Part shown: positions 1 to 11,346 of the stretch, piece by piece
How positions within the stretch are numbered: the stretch's first letter is position 1
How the letters are laid out: each line of letters begins with the position of its first letter
Assembly (NCBI GenBank): GCA_002269645.1
Contig: NIVC01002342.1
Location: 1 to 64,000, forward strand
DNA length: 64,000 nucleotides
From: Macrostomum lignano
Lineage: Eukaryota
Direction of reading: 5' to 3'
Notes under the pieces: model-generated
What the model saw: only the letters and a program-made list of their open reading frames with translations
The model's database searches: none
What the model was told of the DNA's origin: nothing
Made by a program: the position numbers and the translations under genes

Positions 1-491
1 CATATTTTAATACAGCGATAGAATTTGAAAATATTCGACCCGATCAGGCTGTAAACACCAGTTAATAAGATTAAAATCACTCGTGCAGCTTCAGCATGCA
101 GCAAGTTTTAATTTGGGATCGCATGGAATTTGGAAACTTGTGGCAACTTTTCGTGTGCAACTATTTTCAGAAATAAATATCAGAAATTTTCAGACAGAGA
201 GCGCGTAAGTTAAACATTTTTGTTAAGAGGGTGTCTAAACACGAGTAGGAGTAAACGAGTGCAGAGAATCTATTAAATCGGTGAAAAATTCTCTAAATCT
301 TGCTCTGAATAAAAAATGATCCAGCATTTTTATCAAAAAATTTTATCATAGAAAAGTCTTCGATAAAGAAATGTTAGAGTTTACAAATGAATAAATCGAG
401 AGGATAAAAGTGATTAAAAATCTATTGTAAGGTGTGGAAGTTTTAACTATCCTGTAAATAATTTATGGTAGAACCATCATCCGCTCGGCAT

Positions 492-3400
492 TCAGGAGAA
501 AATGATGCCCGTCCTGCCGTCCCGGTGGACGCAAGAGCAGCTGGTGTAGCCGGATCTGCAGGCAAAGTCCGTGCCCTCGCTGCTCGGCTTCACGCAGTGC
601 CCGGAAGCGTCCATGCAGTCGACGCTCACAGGGCCCGCCTCGGACTTCTCGGTGCACGAGTAGTGATAGCAGTAGCCCTCTGCCGGCACCTTCGTAGTCC
701 AGGACGTGCCCAGCTTGTGCTCCGATGAGTCGTGGCCATCAATGCAGTGCCTCTCAAAGCTCACCACCTCGCCAGTTTCTCCATGTCCTGAAGGCGATCC
801 CGACTCACCAGTAGTTCCTGTCTCATGGGTTCCAGTCTCCTCACCAGTTCCAGGTTCAATGTCTGAAATTTAAATTTAAGGAAGCTTTGAGGCTGCATCA
901 ATTTGATTAAACACAGAGCTCAAGCACAAAGCACCCAGATTAATGCTAAACTCAGCTCACGGGTTGGTGGCTTCCTGCCGTATCGGCCGAACACCTGGAC
1001 CTCGCACAGCATCAAGTAGGTCTTGGCAGTAGATTCGATTCGAACTGTACTGCCGTAGCGATTGCAATTAAAAGTCCGCGTTGACAAATAGCCAGCAGTG
1101 GAGTGGTAACTGGCACACACTCTCCCATCCACCTTCACGATGATGTTTTTGAGATACCGCGAGCACACCGGGCCGCACAAGCGGGCGTAGATTCGCACCT
1201 GTTGGATAAAGGCCGGCTTAATGGTCTTTGCCTGCCACCACGGCTTCGTCTGCATTTTCGTATGAGAGCAGGACTTTGCAGGAAAGTGCTGCGCCAGCTT
1301 CCCATCGATGGCTCTGGCGCACGGCGTGTGGGTGGAGCTTTGGCTGCAGTGCTTCAGCGGCAGAAGTGCTGTATGAACAAAAAAGTCAAGGATATTTTTT
1401 TATAAGTTTAGAATTTCGAGTGACCGAGACTTAATAACGCATGAGCTGCTAAAAAGATGCGGCATGCAGGCGCGTGTATTTTTCTTGATCCATAATAACG
1501 CGTGGACCTTGGCTCTTCTTTGCCCAGAGCTGAAATAAACAGTGCTAATGTCCATAGACATAAAATAACATTTTCGAATAGCATGCTGCATGCACTTATA
1601 CACAACAATATTAGACAGATATTCTCATTCATACAATTCGCTTTTTGCAACTCCATTTTCTTTCTAACCAGAAGAAACATTACTACTTGAATTGACTGTC
1701 GATTTGTAGAATTCTACTAGCACAATCACTCCGATATTACCCCCAAATATCAAACAGAAAAGCGAAATAGATACTCTAAAAATCTTACCTCCTTTATGAG
1801 CCAGAGAAGCATACGTTCCGAAAACCTGGACTTCGCACAACATCAGGTACGTTTTTTGTGCCATAGCCTGAATCTCTACAACCTGCCCGACCCTGTTGCA
1901 GTTGAGAGTGATTGTCGAACCGAGTCCAACGCCCTTGTGTCTGGCACAGATGCGGCCGTCGACCTTAACGACGATGTTTCTAAAGTTCACCCTACAAGGC
2001 GGAGTGCACAGTCGGGTGTAGATTCGGACCTGCTGGATGTGTGCGAGACGGTTCGTGTTTGCCTGCCACCATGGGTTCTTCTGAAGCTGAGTGTGAGCAC
2101 ACGACTTTCCAGACCAATACTGGCTGAAGTTATTGTCGATGGCTCTTCGACAGGGTGCATGAGTTGAGCTCTGTCTGCAGTCTTGAAGTGGCAGCAGACC
2201 TGCAAAACATATTTTCGATAATCTGTCGGTAACATGTAATGTCGGTAGAACATGTAATTTTGTCAGAGTATGCCTAAAATTGCCACCTCTTTAAAGAAAT
2301 AATTTGCTGTAAAAAAACAACTTACGTCCTTTGTGTGCTAACGAGGCGTAGTTTCCGAAAACCTGAACCTCACACAGCATCAGATAGGTCTTCGCTCGAG
2401 ACCGAATTTCGACTACCTGGCCAACTCTGTTGCACTCGAACGTGTGGGTCGAGAGGTAGCCCTTCGTCGATGTGTATCTGGCACAAACGTGCCCATCAAC
2501 CTTGATGATTAGGTCCTTCAGGTATCTGGAGCACACTGGTCCGCAGAGCCGAGCGTAGATTCGCACCTGTCTGATGTGAGCCAATCGGTTTGTGCTCGCC
2601 TGCCACCACGGGCCTTTCTGCATCTTCGTGTGCGAGCAGGACTTTCCAGGCCAGTGTTGGTTCAGGTTGTTATCAATGGCTCTCCGACATGGCGTGTGCG
2701 TTGAACTCTGCCTGCACTCTTGTAAGGGCAGCATACCTAGATTGGGAAAGTTTTATCGTATAGTTTCGCTCCTAATGGCGACATGATGGTACGAGCGAAT
2801 TCGATGGAGAAATAACCATGTGTGTATTCATGCCCTGTAGTCTTACTTCCTTTATGAGCCAGAGAAGCATACGTTCCGAAAACCTGGACTTCGCACAACA
2901 TCAGGTACGTTCTTTTTGCCATAGCCTGAATCTCTACAACCTGCCCGACCCTGTCGCAGTTGAGAGTGATTGTCGAACCGAGTCCAACGCCCTTGTGTCT
3001 GGCACAGACGCGGCCGTCGACCTTAACGACGATGTTTCTAAAGTACACCCTACAAGGCGGAGTGCACAGTCGAGTGTAGATTCGGACCTGCTTGATATGC
3101 GCGAGCTGGTTCGTGTTTGCCTGCCACCATGGGTTCTTCTGAAGCTGAGTGTGAGCACACGACTTTCCGGACCAATGCTGGTTGAGGTTATTGTCGATGG
3201 CTCTTCGACAGGGTGTGTGAGTTGAGCTCTGTCTGCAGTCACTGAGCGGTATTCGGTCTGAAATCGGTGTTTGCAGTCATCTGTACTAATGTGCAAAATG
3301 TAAACTTGTGGATGTATTGTAGCTCTTAGCATGATAGTAGATGCCAATCAATTTTGGCTAATAATATATGCAAGCTACGAGTGTAAGCCTGTAGACATGC

Positions 3401-6400
3401 GTGTTAATTTATTTTCTAATTGGAAATATATTTTAATCCCTCAGTGGTCGAAGCTTATTTTAAGCAAGCTTACGTCCAGTGTGGGCCATTGAAGCCCATT
3501 TTCCGAATGCCTGCACCTCGCACAGCATCAGATAGGACCGCACAGTGCTGTGGATCTCCAGAATCTGCCCGACTCGGTTGCAATGGAACGTCTTGACAGA
3601 GAAGTAGTGGCTCGAGTGGTACGAGGCGCAAGGAACGCCGTCCACCTTGATCACAATGTTGTTCTGGTGCGACGAGCAGCCGGGTCCGCAGAGGCGGTTG
3701 TAAATCCGGACTGTGTGGAAGTGCGCCAGTCTGGGCGTGTTGGCCTGCCACCACGGCTTGTTCTGCATGTTGGTGTGCGAGCAGGAGTTGCCGGACCACT
3801 TCTGGTTAGTGTTGCCGTCGATGGCTCGATGGCACGGAGTGTGCGTGGAGCTTTGCCTGCATGCCTGCAGGGGCAGCCGAACTGGAGTATTGTTGGTAAG
3901 TAAAAGTTATGAGTTGTGTGAGTACTAATTTTTGAATGCCACTTTCCGTTGCCAGTAATTGCTTCAAAAAAATAATTGAAGGGTTCGCAGCCACTCATCA
4001 GAAAAACGGGGATCCAGCCTGTTGATTATTCTCTGAATTCCCGCAGCTGTCCTCTGATTTCACTGCTGGTACCAGAAGGATCATGCTACTCTGCAGCGAT
4101 GGTATATTTTGTTTGGAAAGAAATATTTTTCAACTTGCTTAGAGTCTCCCTTAGTTTTTAGTTCACTCACAGGGAGGCAGCTGACCTCTTGCCTTTTCTG
4201 AATTTGCTATCAACTACGTATAAAAGTTCCCAAATACAGATGCAGACAGCCAGCAAATGTTTTTTTTGCACAATCATGCCAAACCCTAACGAGCCAGTTG
4301 CACCCGAAGCGCCTAGCACTGTAAGGGCGCTACGTGAGAAGCTTCAGAGCCTAGGGCTTTCAACACAAGGCAAAAAATGTGAACTTTTAATGCGGCTGAG
4401 GGCGCACCTCGAGGGCATCGCCTCCGACTTTGAGAATGCGGACGACGAGGACGAGGAGCAAGATGAAGCTGCCGCAGTGACGACGCGTAAAAGAAGAAAC
4501 GGCGCTATGGCGGAGAGGCAACTGCCTTCTATCGCGAACGATTCGGTACAACATGGTCAAGAGTCTGACGCGGCTGGCGGCCTGGACGACGAGCTGGTGG
4601 AGGCTGAGAAGCAGCTCCGACTGCTAAAGCTACGCAAGGAGGCCGCTCTGCTTCAGGCGGAAGTCAGCCAACTTCAGCGAAGGCCTGCGACGTCAAAGAA
4701 TCCCGGTGAGTTGCTCATTAACCTGTGGTCTGACGATGAAGATGCTGCCCAGCAAGAGCCCAGTCGGTTTGTAGGCAAGGTGTACCGAATCCCTGAGTTT
4801 ATTAACAAGCGGAAGCAGCAGGAAGCAGGAGTGACTCAGTCCATTGACAAATCAGGGAGAGTCACCTTCAGAGTGAAGGAAGCTGTTGTTGACTCGCTGA
4901 CGTTTGGAGACTGGATCTCGGCGAATGCTCGAATCATTCTGAAGTTGCTGGATGATGGCAGGTTGGTGAAGAGCGGGCTGGGCGGCCAGCCTGATGTGTC
5001 AGAGTTGCGTGACTATCTGCGCTACACTGCGCGCATTGGCGAGCTGTTTGACCTCGGGTTTGACAAGGCTCGAGTCATGAGGTTTAATGACGAGTGAAGA
5101 CTGAGTGAAGATGGCGAGACGTCATGAGAGTCGCGCGGATCCGACCTTGGTCGAGTTGCCACCTACCTGATGGCCCCACAGAGTGCACCGACTGCCAGAG
5201 TTGACCGGGTGCAAAGACAAAGCCTGCAGCCACCCTGCTTTGATTTCAACAAGGAAGCTGGATGCTCAAGGCGGAACTGCCGTTTCGCTCATCGGTGCCG
5301 GCGTTGTGGACTTGGCCACTCAGCGGCGATGGCGCACAGGGATGACGGTGCTGAGGTGAGCAGGCCTCTGCACTGACTGCGCGTCGATCCTGTTTTAACT
5401 TCCTCTGTTTTATCAACCGACCTAAAGCTGGAGGCTTGGATGGAAGAGTTGGAGTCGATTGATCTGCCGCTGGACAGAAAGCAGTTTATTCTTGATGGTG
5501 TGTCTGAGGGATTTCGGATTACGAATGTGCAGCGAGAAAACCTGAAGTCTGTCGAGGTCAGCAACTACGAGTCTGTGAATGTTTACGCTGAAGCTGTTCA
5601 AATGCAAATTCTGAGAGAAATTCGCCTTGACCGCTACCGTCGGTGCTCGGATAAGTGGCGGCCTCGGATTGTGAGTGCGCTGGGTGCCCTGCCGAAGGAT
5701 GACGGTCGGGTACGCCTAATTCACGATTGCAGTCGGCCGGACAATCTGTCGGTGAACGCGCACTGGGAGAGCAATGAGAAGTTGCGATTTTCAAGCGCTG
5801 AAAACTTCGCAAGAAAGTTAACGAGAGGCTGCTACATGACTAAAGTTGACCGGAGTGAAGCATACCGCGCATGTGGAGTGCACCCAGGAGAATTCGTCAA
5901 CACCGGTCTCAAGTTCAAGTTTCCTGGCTGCGCCACTCCCACCTACATGTTTGATACGCGCCTGCCGTTCGGGGCGGCAGCCTCGGTCACGTGCTTTCAA
6001 CGCCTGAGCAATGCGATTCATCTGATGATGGTGCGCAGAGGCTTCATCAACACCGAGTCTTACCTGGACGACTTTGCCTACTGCGGGACGCAGGAGAACT
6101 GCCAGCGCTTCTACGTCGATCTGATTGACTTGCTGACTCGGCTGGGATTCACCGTCAATCCGGCCAAGTGCCAGCTGCCGGCGCAGCGGATGTCATTCCT
6201 TGGAATTGAGTTCGACACTGTGGAAGGAATCAAGAAGCTGCCGGATGAGAAGGCAAAGAAGTTGATCAACCTGGTTGGTTCCGAGTCAGCCAAGGTGAGG
6301 ATTAGTCAGTGGGCCCTCCAACAGATCATTGGCAAGTTGGGGTGGGCAGCTCAGGTCATCAGTTGCGGAAGGACCTTCTTGCGTGAGCTGATTGAGCGGT

Positions 6401-9400
6401 GCAACACCTTACGGCGCGGACAGCGAACGCTGGTCGACTCCGGGTTACGCAGTCAGCTGAATTGGTGGAAGGTGGCGTTACAGGCGTGCCGATGGGTGCA
6501 GCTGTGGCCGAGCTACAATCGAGTTGTGGCGATGGAGTCCGATGCGTGAGGCAGAGGTGGTGCGGCGCTGCTGCGTGACCAGGATGGTCTGTTTGACTGG
6601 TGCTACCTGGACTGGGAGAAGGATGCAGGATCAGTCTTCGCGAACCTGCCGATCAACTACAAGGAAGCGTTGGTCTCTCTGCTGGCAGTGATGAGGTGGA
6701 GGGATGTGCTCAAAGGTTGCAAGGTGAGCATCTACTGCGACAACCAGACGGCCTGTCACATCATCAACAAAGGCGTTTCAAAGTGTCCTGCGTTGCAGCG
6801 GCTGCTGTAGACGGTGGCTCTGGTGTGTTTGCATTTTGGGATGAGCATTCGCGCGTTTCATGTGCCTGGTGATTTTTAAATTTTTGCTGACGCTGCCTCG
6901 CGGTTGCATGAGCGAGGCCAGCTGTTAAACTTTTTACTCCGCTGTTATGGTTTTATTTGCCCAAGCATTCTACAATCACTGCATCAGCATGCTTTTGGCT
7001 TGGCGACCGCCTCCTTTCTTCATTTTCAGGCCGCCCAGCTGCGTCAGACTCTCTTAGCAGCCGCGCCACATCGCTGCTGAGCGCTGCGTACGCACCAAGG
7101 TCGGCGCAGGCAGTCAACAGACACGTCCGTGAGTGGCGGGAGTTCTGCCGCCATACCGGCTGCGATCCAGTGTCCTGCAACGTCACGAGCCTGCTGAACT
7201 ATTTGGCCAGTCTGATCGGCACACGGCTACATGCCTACAGCAGCATTTCGGCAGTCTACAGCTCTCTGTCGCTCTGGTTCCGAATTAACTCGTCGCCGGA
7301 CCTGACTAATCACGCTTCAGCGGTTCTTCTCCTACGCGGCGCTAAACGGGTCCTCGGACTGCGCGTGAACCGAAAGCGGCCTGTGTCACCTACAATGCTG
7401 ACGGAGATGCGACGACTAGTTGACGAGACCGACAGGCTGCAGCTGGCTCTTACTCCGCGCACAGTCTGCGACGAGGAGGAGCTACCTGGGCGTCTGTGCT
7501 AGGCCTCCCAGTGTCTGATATCATGCGCATTGGTGATTGGAAAAGTGAGGCTGTGCAGCGTTATCTCCCCCAGTTTCACCAGGCAGCGGTGGCTGCTGTA
7601 ACTTTTGCCGGTGGTGTCTCTGCTTTGTTTTAGCTCCCAGCCTTCTGCTTTTGTTCGCTTGCTCGCTTTGGGTTTGGAGGTCGCTTTTTCGCTGTGCGCC
7701 TCCCGCGCGTTGCTCGCCTTGCTCGCCAATTGTCTCAATGTGTCTCTTTGTGTCTGGCTGGTCACTAAAGGATATTAGACAGATATTCTCATTCATACAA
7801 TTCGCTTTTTGCAACTCCATCTTCTTTCTAATCAAAAGAAACATTACTACTTGAATTGACTGTCTATTTGTTTAGTTCTACTAGCACTTTTACTCCGATC
7901 TTACCCCAAATATCAAACAGAAAAGCTAAATAGATACTCTCAAAATCCTACCTCCTTTATGAGCCAGAGAAGCATACGTTCCGAAAACCTGGACTTCGCA
8001 CAACATCAGGTACGTTCTTTTTGCCATAGCCTGAATCTCTACAACCTGCCCGACTCTGTTGCAGCTGAGAGTGATTGTCGAACCGAGTCCAACGCCCTTG
8101 TGTCTGGCACAGATGTGGCCGTCGACCTTGACGACGATGTGTCTAAAGTTCACCCTACAAGGCGGAGTGCACAGTCGAGTGTAGATTCGGACCTGCTTGA
8201 TGTGAGCGAGACGGTTCGTGTTTGCCTGCCACCATGGGTTCTTCTGACGCTTAGTGTGAGCACACGACTTTCCGGACCAATACTGGCTGAAGTTATTGTC
8301 GATGGCTCTTCGACAGGGTGTGTGAGTTGAGCTCTGTCTGCAGTCTTGAAGTGGCAGCAGACCTGCAAAACATATTTTCGATAATCTGTCGGTAACATGT
8401 AATGTCGGTCGAACATGTAATTTTGTCAGAGTATGCCTAAAACTGCCACCTCTGTAAAAAAAACTTACGTCCTTTGTGTGCTAACGAGGCGTAGTTTCCG
8501 AAAACCTGAACCTCACACAGCATCAGATAGGTCTTCGCTCGAGACCGAATTTCGACTACCTGGCCAACTCTGTTGCACTCGAACGTGTGGGTCGAGAGGT
8601 AGCCCTTCGTCGATGTGTATCTGGCACAAACGTGCCCATCAACCTTGATGATTAGGTCCTTCAGGTATCTGGAGCACACTGGTCCGCAGAGCCGAGCGTA
8701 GATTCGCACCTGTCTGATGTGAGCCAATCGGTTTGTGCTCGCCTGCCACCACGGGCCTTTCTGCATCTTCGTGTGCGAGCAGGACTTTCCAGGCCAGTGT
8801 TGGTTCAGGTTGTTATCAATGGCTCTCCGACATGGCGTGTGCGTTGAACTCTGCCTGCACTCTTGTAAGGGCAGCATACCTAGATTGGGAAAGTTTTATC
8901 GTATAGTTTCGCTCCTAATGGCGACATGATTGTACGATCGAATTCGATGGAGAAATAACCATGTGCGTATTCATGCCCTGTAGTCTTACTTCCTTTATGA
9001 GCCAGAGAAGCATACGTTCCGAAAACCTGGACTTCGCACAACATCAGGTACGTTCTTTTTGCCATAGCCTGAATCTCTACAACCTGCCCGACTCTGTTGC
9101 AGTTGAGAGTGATTGTCGAACCGAGTCCAACGCCCTTGTGTCTGGCACAGATGTGGCCGTCGACCTTGACGACGATGTGTCTAAAGTACACCCTACAAGG
9201 CGGAGTGCACAGTCGAGTGTAGATTCGGACCTGCTGGATGTGCGCGAGCCGGTTCGTGTTTGCCTGCCACCATGGGTTCTTCTGACGCTTAGTGTGAGCA
9301 CACGACTTTCCAGGCCAGTGTTGGTTGAGGTTATTGTCGATGGCTCTCCGACAGGGTGTGTGAGTTGAGCTCTGTCTGCAGTCTTGCAGAGGCAGTTTGG

Positions 9401-11081
9401 CTAAAATGGTTTCGGTACGAATGCATCATAAAATATCCTTGTTAGCATCAGAATGCAAAATCTGTACTAAATGATAGACTGGATTGCGTGACTTACCGCC
9501 TTTATGAGCCAGAGAAGCATACGTTCCGAAAACCTGGACTTCGCACAACATCAGGTACGTTCTTTTTGCCATAGCCTGAATCTCTACAATCTGCCCGACC
9601 CTGTTGCAGCTGAGAGTGATTGTCGAACCGAGTCCAACGCCCTTGTGTCTGGCACAGATGTGGCCGTCGACCTTGACGACGATGTGTCTAAAGTACACCC
9701 TACAAGGCGGAGTGCACAGTCGAGTGTAGATTCGGACCTGCTTGATGTGAGCGAGACGGTTCGTGTTTGCCTGCCACCATGGGTTCTTCTGACGCTTAGT
9801 GTGAGCACACGACTTTCCGGACCAATGCTGGTTGAGGTTATTGTCGATGGCTCTTCGACAGGGTGTGTGAGTTGAGCTCTGTCTGCAGTCACTGAGCGGT
9901 ATTCGGTCTGAAATCGGTGTTTGCAGTCATCTGTACTAATGTGCAAAATGTAAACTTGTGGATGTATTGTAGCTCTTAGCATGATAGTAGATGCCAATCA
10001 ATTTTGGCTAATAATATATGCAAGCTACGAGTGTAAGCCTGTAGACATGCGTGTTAATTTATTTTCTAATTGGAAATATATTTTAATCCCTCAGCGGTAG
10101 AAGCTTATTTTAAGCAAGCTTACGTCCAGTGTGGGCCAGTGAAGCCCATTTTCCGAATGCCTGCACCTCGCACAGCATCAGATAGGACCGCACAGTGCTG
10201 TGGATCTCCAGAATCTGCCCGACTCGGTTGCAATGGAACGTCTTGACAGAGAAGTAGTGGCTCGAGTGGTACGAGGCGCAAGGAACGCCGTCCACCTTGA
10301 TCACAATGTTGTTCTGGTGCGACGAGCAGCCGGGTCCGCAGAGGCGGTTGTAAATCCGGACTGTGTGGAAGTGCGCCAGTCTGGGCGTGTTGGCCTGCCA
10401 CCACGGCTTGTTCTGCATGTTGGTGTGCGAGCAGGAGTTGCCGGACCACTTCTGGTTAGTGTTGCCGTCGATGGCTCGATGGCACGGAGTGTGCGTGGAG
10501 CTTTGCCTGCATGCCTGCAGGGGCAGCCGAACTGGAGAATTGTTGGTAAGTAAAAGTTATGTGACTTGTGTGAGTACTAATTTTTGAATGCCACTTTCCG
10601 TTGCCAGTAATTGCTTCAAAAAAATAATTGAAGGGTTCGCAGCCACTCATCAGAAAAACGGGGATCCAGCCTGTTGATTATTCTCTGAATTCCCGCAGCT
10701 GTCTTCTGATTTCACTGCTGGTACCAGAAGGATCATGCTACTCTGCAGCGATGGTATATTTTGTTTGGAAAGAAATATTTTTCAACTTGCTTAGAGTCTC
10801 CCTTAGTTTTTAGTTCACTCACAGGGAGGCAGCTGACCTCTTGTCTTTTCTGAATTTGCTATCAACTACGTATAAAAGTTCCCAAATACAGATGCAGACA
10901 GCCAGAAAATGTTTGTCATAACGGAGGACACTAAGTACTGCTAAGCATGCTAACTGCATGGCACCATTCAAAGTTTACTTGAGAAACATTGAGCACAGAA
11001 AACAAAGGGTGGCAACTCACTTGCGGCAGAGAAGCTGCACAAAATCGACACCAGCAGAAGCGCCCTGAAGACTCTCTGCAT
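492..11081 (-). CDS. Secreted multi-domain F-type lectin (fucolectin/FTP family): signal peptide + 10 F-lectin domains + acidic linker + Cys-rich C-terminal domain; 12 exons, 4533 nt, 1510 aa
   Basis: Exons (all GT-AG): 11081-11021 (MQRVFRALLLVSILCSFSAA, phase 1), 10531-10124, 9907-9497, 9400-8990, 8879-8469, 8362-7952, 3881-3474, 3257-2847, 2736-2326, 2199-1789, 1368-961, 862-492 (stop). Domain exons are 408 or 411 nt, phase 1-1, so the frame is kept throughout. Each has the F-lectin hallmarks RAIDxN, CxHT, PWWQ, VRIYxR, VKVDG..C, C..G..V.I and LMLCEVQ[VA]FG. Confidence 0.85.
1608..4262. repeat. Segmental duplication copy 1 (4 lectin exons plus introns)
   Basis: Near-identical to 7772-10914, introns included. 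Homology starts at ATATTAGACAGATATTCTC (1608/7772) and ends at CAGCCAG(C/A)AAATGTTT (4262/10914). Confidence 0.92.
4276..5376 (+). pseudogene. DIRS gag-like ORF with N-terminal SAP-like motif and C-terminal CCCH/CCHC zinc knuckles; premature TGA at 5095 and 5125
   Basis: TVRALREKLQSLGLSTQGKKCELLMRL fits a SAP motif. CFDFNKEAGCSRRNCRFAHRCRRCGLGH. ORFs 4189-5097 and 5170-5376 lie in one frame. Confidence 0.8.
5377..7080 (+). pseudogene. DIRS reverse transcriptase + RNase H, disrupted by stops near 6547, 6808 and 6877
   Basis: RT motifs RLIHDCS, KVDRSEAYR, LPFGAAAS, YLDDF, KCQ..FLGIEFDT. Same-frame RNase H motifs ESDA, INYKEALVSL, IYCDNQTA, HVPG..*IFADAASRL. Confidence 0.9.
6957..7633 (+). pseudogene. 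DIRS tyrosine recombinase with an internal deletion and frameshift at about 7450
   Basis: N-terminal part AYAPRS...WREFC...LLNYLASL...RKRPVS. In another frame from 7451: YSAHSLRRGGATWASVLGLPVSDIMRIGDWKSEAVQRYL (H-x-x-R, GxW and catalytic Tyr). The segment that should carry the first catalytic Arg is missing. Confidence 0.88.
7772..10914. repeat. Segmental duplication copy 2 (5 lectin exons plus introns)
   Basis: Matches 1608-4262 but has one extra exon+intron block. Exon 3257-2847 in copy 1 starts like 9907-9497 and is followed by the intron that follows 9400-8990. Confidence 0.92.
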
Positions 11082-11173
11082 GTCTCTTTAATTCGCCTTT
11101 TTGTCAGTCTTTGGTTCGAAAAACTCTTTTTCTGAGCGCAGCGTGCTCCGATTTCTGAGTTTATGAGGCGTCT

Positions 11174-11179
11174 CTTATA
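11174..11179 (-). promoter_or_regulatory. Possible TATA-like box of the lectin gene
   Basis: CTATAAGAG on the minus strand about 95 nt upstream of the ATG at 11081; position only. Confidence 0.3.
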
Positions 11180-11346
11180 GATGCTCCATCTCGTGGCCTC
11201 GCTGACACGAGCACGCTGGTCTCGCTCAAAAACAAGTGCGCTACAGACACGTGCGGCGGCCGCAGCTGTTGATGAAGCGTGAGGGTGAAACCTCAAACTC
11301 TCTACTCAACCCCCTGCCCACTCTATTCGCAGAAGACAAGTATCCA

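Larger units (their letters stand above)
4263..7771 (+). mobile_element. Decayed DIRS-superfamily (PAT/Ngaro-like) tyrosine-recombinase retrotransposon, intronic and antisense to the lectin gene
   Basis: Order gag - RT - RNase H - tyrosine recombinase, with no integrase and no methyltransferase seen. Boundaries are defined by the flanking duplication. No terminal repeats were recognised. Confidence 0.9.

Noticed and set aside
5095-6880. Repeated TGA stops as selenocysteine or genetic-code reassignment
   Set aside because: TAG and TAA stops and a deletion also occur, which indicates ordinary decay; host genes in the window use TGA as a stop.
1103-10553. Plus-strand ORFs overlapping the lectin exons
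   Set aside because: Antisense shadows of GC-rich coding exons, duplicated along with them.
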